Source: Octopus bimaculoides
Lineage: Eukaryota
Direction: 5' to 3'
Length of the DNA: 52,308 nucleotides
Assembly (NCBI RefSeq): GCF_001194135.2
Contig: NC_068984.1
Span: 127,992,802-128,045,109 of the forward strand
In this document: positions 34,786 to 49,204 of the stretch, in pieces
How the letters are laid out: each line of letters opens with the position of its first letter
Position numbering within the stretch: the stretch's first letter is position 1
Notes under the pieces: model-generated
What the model saw: the letters and a program-made list of their open reading frames with translations, nothing else
What the model was told of the DNA's origin: nothing
Database searches by the model: none
Position numbers and translations under genes: made by a program

Positions 34786-35557
34786 CTATTCATATTCAAC
34801 AAAAATTTATTATTATTGGTCACAGGGACTCTTCTGAAAGACAGAATTACACAGAACTTATAAACAGTTGGTGATGTCGCCAAGGATAAATGAAATAATT
34901 GAAAGTTCCATATAAATAAATATAGAAATGGCCAACATGTCTGTCTAAAATTTATTGCAGGAAATAAACTGGTCATTTGATATTGTTCATGGGATTTCTC
35001 TGTAAAATAGTAAATTAGGCAGATCTTACATTACTGTTAGTTGATGCATTGAGTGGATGCGAGACAGAAGATTTGACTCTGAGATGATATAGTAGGACAG
35101 AAAGCTTAAGAGAAAATTTCAGGGAATTTACTCAAAGATAACAAAAGATGGGAATGAATTTCAGATGGATTTCAAGATAGCTTTGAGAGATTTTACTCAC
35201 AAATATTTCCAGACTATTCTGAAATTCATTAATTTCAGATGATTCCTGACCATCTTCTGCATTCTTCAAATACATTTAACTGTGATCTATAAAAATCAAT
35301 AGACAGCTCGGCTACCATTCTTCTACAGATGTTATCCAACAGAATTGTCCTGACAGAATAATTCCAACAAAACATTGTCTTCTAGTGAGTTACTTTTAAA
35401 AAGATTTGAATAGTTTTTCTACCCCACCCCCACCCTCCACCACCATCACCCTCACCCCCATCCCTACTTTTCTTTCTCATCTCAGTCACAAGTGTTTCTA
35501 TATATCGCAGAACGGTGGCTCATGCCATGATATTGATGGTGATGGTGGCAGTGCTTG

Positions 35558-35599
<42 letters not shown>

Positions 35600-36019
35600 N
35601 NNNNNNNNNNNNNNNNNNNNNNNNNNNNNNNNNNNNNNNNNNNNNNNNNNNNNNNNNNNNNNNNNNNNNNNNNNNNNNNNNNNNNNNNNNNNNNNNNNNN
35701 NNNNNNNNNNNNNNNNNNNNNNNNNNNNNNNNNNNNNNNNNNNNNNNNNNNNNNNNNNNNNNNNNNNNNNNNNNNNNNNNNNNNNNNNNNNNNNNNNNNN
35801 NNNNNNNNNNNNNNNNNNNNNNNNNNNNNNNNNNNNNNNNNNNNNNNNNNNNNNNNNNNNNNNNNNNNNNNNNNNNNNNNNNNNNNNNNNNNNNNNNNNN
35901 NNNNNNNNNNNNNNNNNNNNNNNNNNNNNNNNNNNNNNNNNNNNNNNNNNNNNNNNNNNNNNNNNNNNNNNNNNNNNNNNNNNNNNNNNNNNNNNNNNNN
36001 NNNNNNNNNNNNNNNNNNN

Positions 36020-36440
36020 ATACATACATACATACATACATAGAAACATACATGCTTACACACATACATACACACATACTTGCACACATAAACACACCCA
36101 CATACATACATACATTCATACATACATACATACATACATACAAACATACATATTTACATACATACATACATACACATACACACACTCGCGCATGCACACA
36201 CACACACACACACACATCCATACATTCATACAAACATACATACTTACACACAAAGTTACACACACACATATACATGCATACACACATACTTACACACATA
36301 CACACACATATACATACATACATTCATACAAACATACATACTTACACACACAGTCACACACACACACATACACATATACATACATACATTCATACAAACA
36401 CACACAGACACACACATACACATACATACACATACATGAA
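36020..36440. repeat. (TACA)/(CA) compound microsatellite between two gaps
   Basis: Seen directly in sequence. Confidence 0.95.
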
Positions 36441-37582
36441 CTCCCCTAAACACAGAAAGACATTGACTTTATTGTATCTGTTCCGTGTGTCTGCGAACAA
36501 GCCTACAGATTTCTACTCTAACTCTATTCAAGATATTAACCAAAGCAGAAATATAAATATCCCAGTATTTACTTTAAAGTATTTATTACAAAGACAGCTT
36601 CAGTATTGGCTAATCACACNNNNNNNNNNNNNNNNNNNNNNNNNNNNNNNNNNNNNNNNNNNNNNNNNNNNNNNNNNNNNNNNNNNNNNNNNNNNNNNNN
36701 NNNNNNNNNNNNNNNNNNNNNNNNNNNNNNNNNNNNNNNNNNNNNNNNNNNNNNNNNNNNNNNNNNNNNNNNNNNNNNNNNNNNNNNNNNNNNNNNNNNN
36801 NNNNNNNNNNNNNNNNNNNNNNNNNNNNNNNNNNNNNNNNNNNNNNNNNNNNNNNNNNNNNNNNNNNNNNNNNNNNNNNNNNNNNNNNNNNNNNNNNNNN
36901 NNNNNNNNNNNNNNNNNNNNNNNNNNNNNNNNNNNNNNNNNNNNNNNNNNNNNNNNNNNNNNNNNNNNNNNNNNNNNNNNNNNNNNNNNNNNNNNNNNNN
37001 NNNNNNNNNNNNNNNNNNNNNNNNNNNNNNNNNNNNNNNNNNNNNNNNNNNNNNNNNNNNNNNNNNNNNNNNNNNNNNNNNNNNNNNNNNNNNNNNNNNN
37101 NNNNNNNNNNNNNNNNNNNNNNNNNNNNNNNNNNNNNNNNNNNNNNNNNNNNNNNNNNNNNNNNNNNNNNNNNNNNNNNNNNNNNNNNNNNNNNNNNNNN
37201 NNNNNNNNNNNNNNNNNNNNNNNNNNNNNNNNNNNNNNNNNNNNNNNNNNNNNNNNNNNNNNNNNNNNNNNNNNNNNNNNNNNNNNNNNNNNNNNNNNNN
37301 NNNNNNNNNNNNNNNNNNNNNNNNNNNNNNNNNNNNNNNNNNNNNNNNNNNNNNNNNNNNNNNNNNNNNNNNNNNNNNNNNNNNNNNNNNNNNNNNNNNN
37401 NNNNNNNNNNNNNNNNNNNNNNNNNNNNNNNNNNNNNNNNNNNNNNNNNNNNNNNNNNNNNNNNNNNNNNNNNNNNNNNNNNNNNNNNNNNNNNNNNNNN
37501 NNNNNNNNNNNNNNNNNNNNNNNNNNNNNNNNNNNNNNNNNNNNNNNNNNNNNNNNNNNNNNNNNNNNNNNNNNNNNNNNNA

Positions 37583-37638
<56 letters not shown>

Positions 37639-37799
37639 TCTATTTTGGTTTGACTACCCTCCCTGCAACATCTATATTCCTCCCAGAATGTAAAGACAGA
37701 CGAAATGCTTAGGCTTTTAATCTGTCTTCACTTTCTGAGCTCAAATTGCTGATTCTGCCAGCGTGCCACCTAAGTAATAACAATCATAATGATAATCCT

Positions 37800-37975
37800 T
37801 TCTATTAAAGGCACAAGGCCTGAAATTTTGTGGGAGGGGGCTACTGTCTATATCAACTCCCAGTACTCAACTGGTACTTAATTTATTGACCCCAGGAATT
37901 TGAACTCAGAACGTAGCAACAGGCAAAATACTGCTAAGCATTTCAGCCAGCATGCTAATGATTCTTCTAGCTCAC
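37800..37975 (-). mobile_element. SINE family B with internal deletion
   Basis: GGCACAAGGCC...CAACTGGTACTTAATTTATTGACCCC|AGGAATTTGAACTCAGAACG... Confidence 0.7.
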
Positions 37976-38399
37976 CAATAATAACAAAATAACAATATTG
38001 CTCATATGTTTACAGTAGAGAGGGAAGAAGGAGTATGGGAGAAAGTGAGAGAGGGGGAGGTGACATGTCGTTGGGTACATTGTAAGAGTGTGAGGCAGAT
38101 GTAGTTAATGGAGGAGAAATGTATGATGGTGGACAAAATATACTTTGATGGCTATAGTGAATAATCAATGTAAAATGTGGGTGGAGAGGACAGCATTAAG
38201 AATGAAAGATGGATGATAAACAAAAAGCAAGTAGTCTCAAGGAAAAGCTGTATACAATTTTGTTCATAGTTAATTGCACTAGGAAAATAGCACAGTTATA
38301 GCAATGGTGGGTGGTGAGAATGTCTTGAGGAGGAAATTAGATTGCAGTGGGCAGTTGTACATTAATATTTTCACATTTTGCTTCAAGATTTTCAGTTCC

Positions 38400-38632
38400 T
38401 CTGAACTGGGTGGGTCTTCTTGAGAGCAGCATCTCACCAGTCATCTTGGTTTTTGTCATCTCCTCCTTGAGGTTGAAGGTCCTGAGATTAGCCTTCACTA
38501 CTTCACTCCCTGCCTCCTCCCTAGGTTTCCTTCAGTCCATGTCTCCCTAAGTTTCCACAAGATCCATTGAGTAGCATTTTATACACAAATGTCCTCATTC
38601 ATCCACATCATGTGTCCAAATCAGTGCAGTGG
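38400..38632 (-). pseudogene. RTE LINE ORF2 3' fragment
   Basis: Minus strand: LHWFGHMMWMNEDICV... followed, with frameshifts, by the GRPRKTW/EMTK-like terminus. Confidence 0.65.
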
Positions 38633-38639
38633 CAGTTAT

Positions 38640-39312
<673 letters not shown>

Positions 39313-39841
39313 CATTCCATCCATTCTAATTAATATTTGGTAATATGTTTATAGATGATAACATCTGAAAGTTGCAGCAAGCAGTGCAGTCAATATCCTG
39401 AATCACTGATAACAATATCAATTTGTTAAACTTCTATTTAATCTGTTTTCTGTTCTAAAAGAATGTAATGGCTACAAGGCTTAATATCTGGTTGTAATGA
39501 GCATAACACGGTTGTATAAGCTCTCATCTTTACTACTATCTTTGTTAATATATATATTGTACCTTTTGAGCCACGCACATAAAAACTATTTATTTCATTT
39601 TACCTGATGGAACATAAAGCCAGTTCCATGCCTCTGCATCACAGTTGAGTGATAATATTAGGTAAAAAAAAAACAGCCATTATTAATGATATTTGCTTCA
39701 ATATAGATATATATCAGAGTTGACAAACTTCTGCCATGTAAGTCAATAGTGACATGCCATGCGGTTTTTAGGCGATTTGTGATGAATTTTGAAAAAGAAA
39801 TTTTTCCCTGTGATATCATGTTATAAAAATCTTATTTTAGC

Positions 39842-40168
39842 CACAGGAGTGGCTGTGTGGTAAGTAGCTAGCTTACAAACCACATGGTTTCAGGTTCAGT
39901 CCCACTGTGTGGGACCTTGGGCAAATGTCTTCTACTATAGGAGCTTGCTTACCAACCACATGGTTCCAGGTTCAGTCCGACTGCGTGACACCCTGGGCAA
40001 GTGTCTTCTGCAATAGCCTCGGGCCAACCAAAGCCTTATGAGTGGATTTGGTAGACGGAAACTGAAAGAAGCCCATCGTATATATGTATATATATGTGCA
40101 TGTGTGTGTACGTGTTTGTGTGTCTGTGTTTGTCCCCCCAATACCACTTGACAACCAATGCTGGTGCA
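39842..40168 (+). mobile_element. SINE family A with a tandemly duplicated 75-bp head segment
   Basis: 39866-39940 is repeated at 39942-40016; each copy contains the B-box. Confidence 0.8.
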
Positions 40169-40214
40169 TAATAATAAATAAATGTTCTCATTGAGGGTAA
40201 AGCAATTTCACATG

Positions 40215-40480
40215 CAATATTAACAAAATTTCTCCACATTCATATTGATGAGTCTCTCGGTTTCAAAACACATATAAGCAATTTATGAAAACAAAATTCC
40301 GGTACTCTTGGTATGTTAAATAGAATTTCTTACTTTCTTCCCCAAAATGTTAGAATCACTCTTTATTATTCTTTAATATACTCAAAATTCTTTTACTTCT
40401 TATTTAAGAGAATATACTTAAAATTCTCTTTAATATACTCAAAATTCTCTTGCTGCTTGGAGAAATTGCAAAGTTCGCTT
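40215..40480 (+). pseudogene. L2/CR1-like LINE ORF2 C-terminal fragment
   Basis: LHIHIDESLGFKTHISNL*K...GTLGMLNRISYFLPQNVRITLYYSLIYSK resembles 'LG..ID..L.W..HI..I..K.S...G.L.R....LP......LY.SLI'. Confidence 0.6.
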
Positions 40481-40562
40481 ACTCAACCATGCCATTCATA
40501 AATCATGGAAGACTCTCAAAATAAACAATCCTCAATCAAAATTACTTTTGTTTAATAATAAT

Positions 40563-40593
<31 letters not shown>

Positions 40594-41349
40594 NNNNNNN
40601 NNNNNNNNNNNNNNNNNNNNNNNNNNNNNNNNNNNNNNNNNNNNNNNNNNNNNNNNNNNNNNNNNNNNNNNNNNNNNNNNNNNNNNNNNNNNNNNNNNNN
40701 NNNNNNNNNNNNNNNNNNNNNNNNNNNNNNNNNNNNNNNNNNNNNNNNNNNNNNNNNNNNNNNNNNNNNNNNNNNNNNNNNNNNNNNNNNNNNNNNNNNN
40801 NNNNNNNNNNNNNNNNNNNNNNNNNNNNNNNNNNNNNNNNNNNNNNNNNNNNNNNNNNNNNNNNNNNNNNNNNNNNNNNNNNNNNNNNNNNNNNNNNNNN
40901 NNNNNNNNNNNNNNNNNNNNNNNNNNNNNNNNNNNNNNNNNNNNNNNNNNNNNNNNNNNNNNNNNNNNNNNNNNNNNNNNNNNNNNNNNNNNNNNNNNNN
41001 NNNNNNNNNNNNNNNNNNNNNNNNNNNNNNNNNNNNNNNNNNNNNNNNNNNNNNNNNNNNNNNNNNNNNNNNNNNNNNNNNNNNNNNNNNNNNNNNNNNN
41101 NNNNNNNNNNNNNNNNNNNNNNNNNNNNNNNNNNNNNNNNNNNNNNNNNNNNNNNNNNNNNNNNNNNNNNNNNNNNNNNNNNNNNNNNNNNNNNNNNNNN
41201 NNNNNNNNNNNNNNNNNNNNNNNNNNNNNNNNNNNNNNNNNNNNNNNNNNNNNNNNNNNNNNNNNNNNNNNNNNNNNNNNNNNNNNNNNNNNNNNNNNNN
41301 NNNNNNNNNNNNNNNNNNNNNNNNNNNNNNNNNNTAGAAAGGATTATTT

Positions 41350-41573
41350 ATTTGTCTTTGTATATACTCTTTTACTCATTTCAGCCATTTGACTGTAGCC
41401 ATGCTGGCGCACTGCTTTTAGTTGAGCAAATCGACCCCAGGACTTATTCTTTGGAAGCCTAGTACTTATTCTCTTGGTCTCTTTTGCCAAACTGCTAAGT
41501 TACGGGGACGTAAACACACCACCATCGGTTGTCAAGCGATGTTGGGGGGACAAACACAGACACACAAACATAT

Positions 41574-41608
<35 letters not shown>

Positions 41609-41778
41609 CACATATATACGACAGGCTTCTTTCAGTTTCCGTCTACCAAATCCACTCACAAGGCTGTGGTCGGCCTGAGGCTATAGTAGAAGACGCTTGC
41701 CCAGATGCCACGCAGTGGGAATGAACCTGGAACCATGTGGTTGGTAAGCAAGCTACTTAACATACAGCCACTCCTGCA
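41350..41778 (-). mobile_element. SINE family A, near full length
   Basis: Reverse complement of the 31324-31770 type, ending at CAGCCACTCCTGCACC. Confidence 0.9.
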
Positions 41779-41857
41779 CCTATATCATAATAAGTCAAAA
41801 ATTAATGCTACTAAAAATTGATGTTACTCTTTGACTCACTCTTGTGTTATAATAGGT

Positions 41858-42030
41858 GCAGGTATGGATATGTGGTTAGAAGCTTGCTTTGCAAATACAT
41901 GGTTTCTGGTTCAGTCCCATTGCATGGCACTTTGGGCATGTGTCTTCTGCTATAGCTCTGGTTCAATGAATGCCTTGAGAGTGAATTTGGTTGATGGAAA
42001 CTGTCTGGAAGCCCGTTGTTTTATGTGTGT
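41858..42030 (+). mobile_element. SINE family A, degenerate 5' half
   Basis: GTGCAGGTATGGATATGTGGTTAGAAGCTTGC...GGTTCAGTCCC...GGAAACTG. Confidence 0.65.
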
Positions 42031-42094
42031 ATGTGTGTAGTGGAAACAGACTGGACCTGAAATGATATGGTTACCACATGGCTACACCTGCACT

Positions 42095-42625
42095 CATATG
42101 TGTGTGTATGTGAACGTGTGCGCATGTGTGTGTGTGTGTGTGTACGTGTGTGCATGTGCGTGTGTGTTTAGATTGATAAATGTTGATGCATACATATAGA
42201 GAAAGAGAAAAAAATAACTAAATAAGATAGGTTCATGATTAGAATTATTTGTTTGATATATGTATATGCATATGTGTGTGTGTGTGGGCGAGCGCGTGTG
42301 TGTGTATATGTCTATGTATATGTCTATGTGTGTATATGTGTGCGTGTGTGCATGTCTCTGTGTGTTTGTGTGTGCGCCTGTGTCTGTGTATCTGTGTATG
42401 TGTGTGTATGTGTCTCTGTGTGTGTTTGTGTATGTATGTGCATGTCTCTGTGTCTGTGTGTGCATATGTGTCTGTGTATGTATGTATGTGTGTGTTTGTG
42501 TCGTTGTCTGTGTCTGTGTATGTGTATGTGCGTGTGCATGTGTATGTGTGTCTGTGTGTGCATGTGTGCGTGTGTGCATGTGTGTGTGTGCATATGTGTG
42601 CGTGTGAGTGTGTGTGTGTGTGTGT
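42095..42625. repeat. (TG)-rich compound microsatellite
   Basis: Seen directly in sequence. Confidence 0.95.
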
Positions 42626-42915
42626 TTTTCTCAGAGGCTAAATCGACATGAAATAGTGATGGTGCAGTGAACAAATATACTTTTGTGATATTTAGGCAGA
42701 TTTAGACATTTGATAAACGGCAATCAATAAAAGAAGTAGCAAACAAAAGTAGCAGAGTTGGTGTATTTCACTAAAACACTTGAAGGCACTGTCCCAGAAT
42801 TAGAACAGTACAAAAACTGAAACCAGGTGAACAAATTTATATATATATATACACACACATACATATCATCATCATCACCACCACCACCACTACCACCACC
42901 ATCACCACCATCATT

Positions 42916-42924
<9 letters not shown>

Positions 42925-42947
<23 letters not shown>

Positions 42948-43112
42948 TTAACGTCTGTGTTACATGCTGGCATGAGCTGAATGGTTTGACAGGAGTTGGT
43001 ACAGCCATGGGCTGCACCAGGCCCTATTGCCTGTCCTGGCATGGTTTCTATGGCTGAATGCCCTTCTTAACACCAACCACTTTGCAGAGGGTACAGGGTG
43101 CATTTTATGTAG
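42925..43112 (-). mobile_element. RTE LINE 3' UTR copy
   Basis: CATCATCCTTTAACGTC...CATGCTGGCATG...GAATGCCCTTCTTAACACCAACCAC. Confidence 0.75.
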
Positions 43113-43116
43113 TAAT

Positions 43117-43174
<58 letters not shown>

Positions 43175-44173
43175 GAGAATATACAAATAATAACAACAGA
43201 CGAGGNNNNNNNNNNNNNNNNNNNNNNNNNNNNNNNNNNNNNNNNNNNNNNNNNNNNNNNNNNNNNNNNNNNNNNNNNNNNNNNNNNNNNNNNNNNNNNN
43301 NNNNNNNNNNNNNNNNNNNNNNNNNNNNNNNNNNNNNNNNNNNNNNNNNNNNNNNNNNNNNNNNNNNNNNNNNNNNNNNNNNNNNNNNNNNNNNNNNNNN
43401 NNNNNNNNNNNNNNNNNNNNNNNNNNNNNNNNNNNNNNNNNNNNNNNNNNNNNNNNNNNNNNNNNNNNNNNNNNNNNNNNNNNNNNNNNNNNNNNNNNNN
43501 NNNNNNNNNNNNNNNNNNNNNNNNNNNNNNNNNNNNNNNNNNNNNNNNNNNNNNNNNNNNNNNNNNNNNNNNNNNNNNNNNNNNNNNNNNNNNNNNNNNN
43601 NNNNNNNNNNNNNNNNNNNNNNNNNNNNNNNNNNNNNNNNNNNNNNNNNNNNNNNNNNNNNNNNNNNNNNNNNNNNNNNNNNNNNNNNNNNNNNNNNNNN
43701 NNNNNNNNNNNNNNNNNNNNNNNNNNNNNNNNNNNNNNNNNNNNNNNNNNNNNNNNNNNNNNNNNNNNNNNNNNNNNNNNNNNNNNNNNNNNNNNNNNNN
43801 NNNNNNNNNNNNNNNNNNNNNNNNNNNNNNNNNNNNNNNNNNNNNNNNNNNNNNNNNNNNNNNNNNNNNNNNNNNNNNNNNNNNNNNNNNNNNNNNNNNN
43901 NNNNNNNNNNNNNNNNNNNNNNNNNNNNNNNNNNNNNNNNNNNNNCACAGAAGTGTGACGAAAGAACTCTGGCCGAAATAGGATTAATGTAATATAATGT
44001 AATATAAAGCTGAAGCAAATTAACACCAAATATACAGTGCGTGCGCTTTTATTGGCTAAACTGGCAATATGACCATCCCCAAGTACAACAACATATATAT
44101 ATCACTGTTCACGGTGGTGCACCAGCATGACCGCAGCCACTTGGCTGAAACACATAAATAAATAAATAAATAA

Positions 44174-44204
<31 letters not shown>

Positions 44205-44377
44205 TATATACAGCTCCTTCTGGCAAATATCAAAGACTTTTCCATTCTTCCCAAGCATTAAACTAATACACCTGCTTGTTGTTCCTTTACTTGTTTTTGT
44301 CTTTTGTTTTCTGTAAATTTGAACTATATATATATATATGTATGCATACACACATATACATACACACACACAGATAT

Positions 44378-44460
<83 letters not shown>

Positions 44461-45609
44461 CATACATACATACATACACCATCATCATCATCACTATTAC
44501 CACCACCTTCATCATCATCCCTATTTGACATCTATGTTCCAAGCTGGTAAGAGTGGGATGGCTTGAAAAGATCCATTGAGTTCAAGGACTGCATCATACT
44601 TCAGTGTTTGCTTTAGCATGGTTTCAATGGCTGAATGCTCTCCTAAAAGCAACCACTTAACATGCATTGAATGCCATTTTTGTACCACCAACACTAGTGA
44701 AGTTGCTAAGCAGCTTGCAAGACTATGAATCCCAAGGGAGCAGCTTTATGCTGGGAGATAAAAGGTTAAAGCCTACACTACCCATCAAACTCCTAACAGT
44801 GATATATCCTTAGTTTAGTTTAACTTCTGGCTCCTGTCAATTGGCTGTAAAACAGGTGCCAACTCCAGTGTTGTGTGATTAGAATAATAAAGTTCCCTTA
44901 CTATGACTTTCAGACCCATCCAACCCATCATTTTATAAAAGAATCAAAGTCAAACTAAATATACTGCAGTGATATATTTTCAAGATGTATTATGGATATC
45001 TCAAATTTAAAAAGACAACAATAGTTTTATTTAATATTGATGTCAAAATACAGAAATATTTCAATAACTCTTATTTCTCATGGATCTATTGACTCTGAAA
45101 AACGATAATTTTCTAGGATTTCTAGTAATGTAAAGGACAGATATAAAACCACTTCTAAATAATTTCACTGTTTGTCAAGATCTTTGGCTTTGAGAAAGAA
45201 CATTTCAAGGAAACTAAAACTTTACGAGATTTGATTAGTTTAGCTTTTAAAATAGAACTGAAAGAAGGCAGAAAATTAATTTCAGTTTGATTACTTGCCA
45301 TGCCTGTAAGTGATATCTGATGCACCTCTTTTGATGTCTGATATCCTAAGGAAGTGTACTTGAAATTTGTTTTATCTACCAACTAATTCTTTATCCAAAT
45401 CACAAAGATGAAAGAATTTGGTGCCTGTGTTGCTTGTTTTGTGTGGTGTGGGTTACATTGCAATTCATGAACAAAGAGTATCATTGGTTATTAGTTTCAA
45501 ATGAACCAGGCAGTGATTCAATATATTTCTGATGACAAGTGAGTGTTTAAGCTAATACAAGGACTGTCATTCATAAGACATTCTTTTTACAGTTGTTTAT
45601 CAATGTTTA

Positions 45610-46833
45610 CCAGGTTGAGTCAAAAGTTTTTCAAATGTTTTCTGATGATTTTTGGCAACTTGTATCTCCATGTTATATATATATCTAATATATGTTGTCC
45701 AATCGTTGCTGAATTGTTTATTCCTTGTTTATAACATATAAACATTGTCTATTCTTTATTTTATAGCTTTAATAATGAATAATGAAAGAATTACAATTAA
45801 AACCATTTTACACTTCCTGTGAAAAAAAGACTGAGTGCAAGGGCAATGGCAAGAAAACTTAATGATATGAAAAACCCGGGAACTGTCAACAAATGGGTGG
45901 CACAAAACTAATTCAAATGTTTCAAGGAAGGTAACACCAGCCTTGAAAACAAACCAAGGTGAGGGAAACCTTTCGTTGTAGAAGATGAAGCTTTGCTAGA
46001 TATGGTTGAACGACAGCCAAGCAGAAGCACTCAAACATTGTCAGCAGAACTTGGTGCTTCACAAAGCACCACCAATCAATACCTCCATATGCTCGGCCTT
46101 GTGAGCAGATGCTGTCAAAAATCTCTTCATGAACTGATCAATGACCTGGCTCAATGACATGTGAACATTTGCAAACAGGCTGACAAATCCTTGAGATGAC
46201 TGTTTTTGGCATTGAATTATAACTGGAGATGAAAAATGGATTTATTCTCGTAATCTTAATAAGAGAAATCAGTGGCATCATTGCAACCAAGCTTCAGAAC
46301 AAGGGCAGTTTGAATAGGGTGTCTTTGGTGGAATTTCAACGGGATGTTGCACTTTGAGCTTGTCCCAGACAGTTATACTGTGAAGAATAAACTTTATGTT
46401 TAACAACCACAGTGAGTGTATGATACTTTGAAAGCCTGCTGTCCAGAATTGGTCAATCAAAGACTGACACAACACACACTACCAATATGATCAAGTACAA
46501 ACTGGAATTACTTGAGAGGGTGGAAATGTTGCCTCACTCTGCCTACTGTCTAGATTTTGCACCATCAGACTACTACCTTTTCTGAGCCATGGCTCATCTC
46601 CTGTATGGATTAAGGTTCAACAATGTAGATGAGGTTGAAAATAGCTGCAGGGAGATTTTTGCCTCTAAACCAGCCAAATGGCATAAGCATGGAATTAAGC
46701 TTCTGGCACAATGATAGCAACAGGCAATAGAATATGATGCGATATATTTTGAGGAATGAACACTTTTCATATGCAAATTGTTTGAATTATTAATTAAAAC
46801 TTGAAATACAAAAAAGATTTTGACTCAATCTGT
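45610..46833 (+). mobile_element. Near-full-length mariner (DD34D-type) transposon, 1,224 bp, inactivated
   Basis: TA-CCAGGTTGAGTCAAAA at the left end and TTTTGACTCAATCTGT-TA at the right end (TIR, 14/16 match; TA target duplication). Decayed ORF 45775-46759 with IITGDEKWIY, CLWWNFNGMLHFEL, LPHSAYCLDFAPSDYYLF and ...AIEYDAIYFEE*. Several stops and frameshifts; the HDNARPH region is partly deleted. Confidence 0.92.
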
Positions 46834-46984
46834 TATATCTATACACTAATACAAATCAGTAAAAGATGCACACACATAAATACATACCTCTACGATATTT
46901 ATCACCCATCACCACCTCGATTCCATTCTGCTATCACTTACCAATACACTAGCTATCATCCACCTAATATTAACAATGCACACA

Positions 46985-47230
46985 TATGCACATGCACAAA
47001 CACACACACGAACACACACACACACACACATTCACACTCACACACACACACATTCACACTCACACACACACACATTCACACACACACACTCTCTCTCACA
47101 CACACACACACTTTCACATTCACACACACATTCACACACACGCACACACATTCACACTCACACACACACACACTCTCTCACACACACACACTTTCACATT
47201 CACACACACACACACGTTCACACACACACA
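46985..47230. repeat. (CA)n array with recurring CATT/CTCT interruptions
   Basis: Seen directly in sequence. Confidence 0.95.
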
Positions 47231-47769
47231 TTCTTCATTCTTTGTCTATTTTTGTCATACACAATAAAACATATCTTCTATTCATCATCAAAATATATCT
47301 ACCAACAATTCCTTGATTGTTCAGTTGCCAAACTAGACCATTAATATTTTAAGATGTAATAATCCACTTTAATTCCTTGGATAGCAACACAAATGATTCT
47401 TCATCTCATACTTGTTCTACACCCACGTATGCCACTTCTACGCTTAACATCACCGTTCTTGTAATTTTTTCACCATCATCTCTTAGAACCACCATTATCA
47501 TTAAATTTTACTTACATTAGAATAATCTGTAAGATTTGGCACTAAACAATGCCATTACCAAATTTAGATACTTTCTCTAAATTTCTATACTGTAAGACAT
47601 AATTTAGCCAATGTTGTAGGAACCTCATCATATATCATCATCATCATTATCATCATCATCATCATCATCTTCATCACCATCACCACCATCACCATCATTA
47701 CCACCATCATTACCACCATCATCACCACCATAATCACCACCACCACCACTACCACCACCACTACCACCA

Positions 47770-47808
<39 letters not shown>

Positions 47809-48095
47809 TCATCATTGTTTAATGCCACTTTCTCATACTTGCATAAATCAAACGGAAATTTGTTGAGGCAGATTTTCTACAGTCAGATACCCTTCTTGTC
47901 ACCATTTTTCATCTATTTTCAAGCAACATGTAATATTTCCCTATGGTCAGACGATTTCCTGTCACAGAAGACCGGAAATGAACCACATCATTTGTATGAT
48001 GATGATGATGATGTTCATTTACAACCATCACATGATGTCTAGCCAAGGGTACACACACACTCACTCCCACCCACATATATGTGTGTGCGTGTGTG

Positions 48096-48126
<31 letters not shown>

Positions 48127-48131
48127 TTAGT

Positions 48132-48420
48132 GAAGGCACATGGCTCAGTGGTTAGAGCATCAAGCTTACAATCGTGAGGTTGTGAGTTCGAATCCTGGAC
48201 CGGGCTGCGTGTTGTGTATTCTTGAGCAAGACATTTTATTTCACGTTGCTCCAGTTCACTCAGCTGTAGAAATGAGTTGGATAACTGGTGGCATGGAGAG
48301 GGGAGGCCGGTATGCATGGGCAACTGCTGGTCTTCCAAAAACAACCTTGCCCGGACTTGTGCCTGGAAGGGTAACTTTCTAGATGCAATCCCATGGTCAG
48401 TCATGACCAAAGGGGGTCTC
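48132..48420 (+). mobile_element. tRNA-derived SINE family C (CORE-like), near full length
   Basis: A-box TGGCTCAGTGG, B-box GAGTTCGAATCC, and CORE-like CTTGAGCAAGACATTT...CTCAGCTGTAGAAATGAG. Confidence 0.85.
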
Positions 48421-48448
48421 AGCAATAGCATGTATATTTATATATATA

Positions 48449-49196
48449 TATCATCGTCATCATCATCATTTAACATCTGTTGTCCATGCTGGCATGGGTT
48501 CGATGGTGTGACCAGAGTTGGCAAGCTAGAAGGCTGCTTCAGACTCCAGTCTGATTTGGCATGGTTTCTACAGCTGGATGCCCTTCCTAATGCCAACCAC
48601 TTCACAGTGTGTGCTAGGTATTTTTATGTGGCACTGCACTTGCGCTTTTACATGGCACCACATGGTCACTTTTATGTGGTTACACATGGGTGCTTTTATG
48701 TGGTACCACGCAGATGATTTTTATGTTACACTGCCTTTAACACTTCTGCTGTAGGGTATGGGTCTTCTTGAGTATAGCCAAGTACCAGGTTTTTTGGTCT
48801 CTTGTCATCTCACCTGAAAGGTTCAGTTACCTGAGATCGTCCTTCAGCATTTTATTCCATGTCTTCCTGGGTTTCCCACTTCCATGTGTTCCATCCACTT
48901 TGAGAGATCAACACTTCTTTATGGAGTTGTCAGCATCCATCCACATCACATGACCAAACCAGTGCAATCTTCTCTCTTGCAAACAGCAACTAATTCCTCT
49001 TATGTCTGGCACTCAGTCAAACATGTACATTTGCATTACACATCTAGCGGATTCCTTTCTAACCTTCACATGTTAGGGCCCACATCTGCATTCAGGGCCC
49101 ACATCTCACTACCATGTGGAATTGCTATCTGTATACATGCATCATATAATCTTTCTTTCACTCGGAGAGATGAACCTTTCATGGCCAACAGAGGTA
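48449..49196 (-). mobile_element. 5'-truncated RTE LINE (ORF2 C-terminus + 3' UTR + (GAT)n tail)
   Basis: Minus strand: PLLAMKGSSLRVKERLYDACIQIAIPHGSEMWA...QERRLHWFGHVMWMDADNSIKKC*SLKVDGTHGSGKPRKTWNKMLKDDLR, contiguous with the UTR found as free copies elsewhere in the window. Confidence 0.9.
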
Positions 49197-49204
49197 TATA
49201 TATA

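Noticed and set aside
45180-45290. Possible terminal exon IFGFEKEHFKETKTLRDLISLAFKIELKEGRKLISV*
   Set aside because: AAG acceptor, only 36 codons, no recognisable family, and an overlapping ORF of similar length on the other strand.
48132-48200. tRNA-like A and B boxes (also at 9623, 10198, 27800, 31324, 39842)
   Set aside because: They continue into SINE bodies and I could not fold a complete cloverleaf; not tRNA genes.
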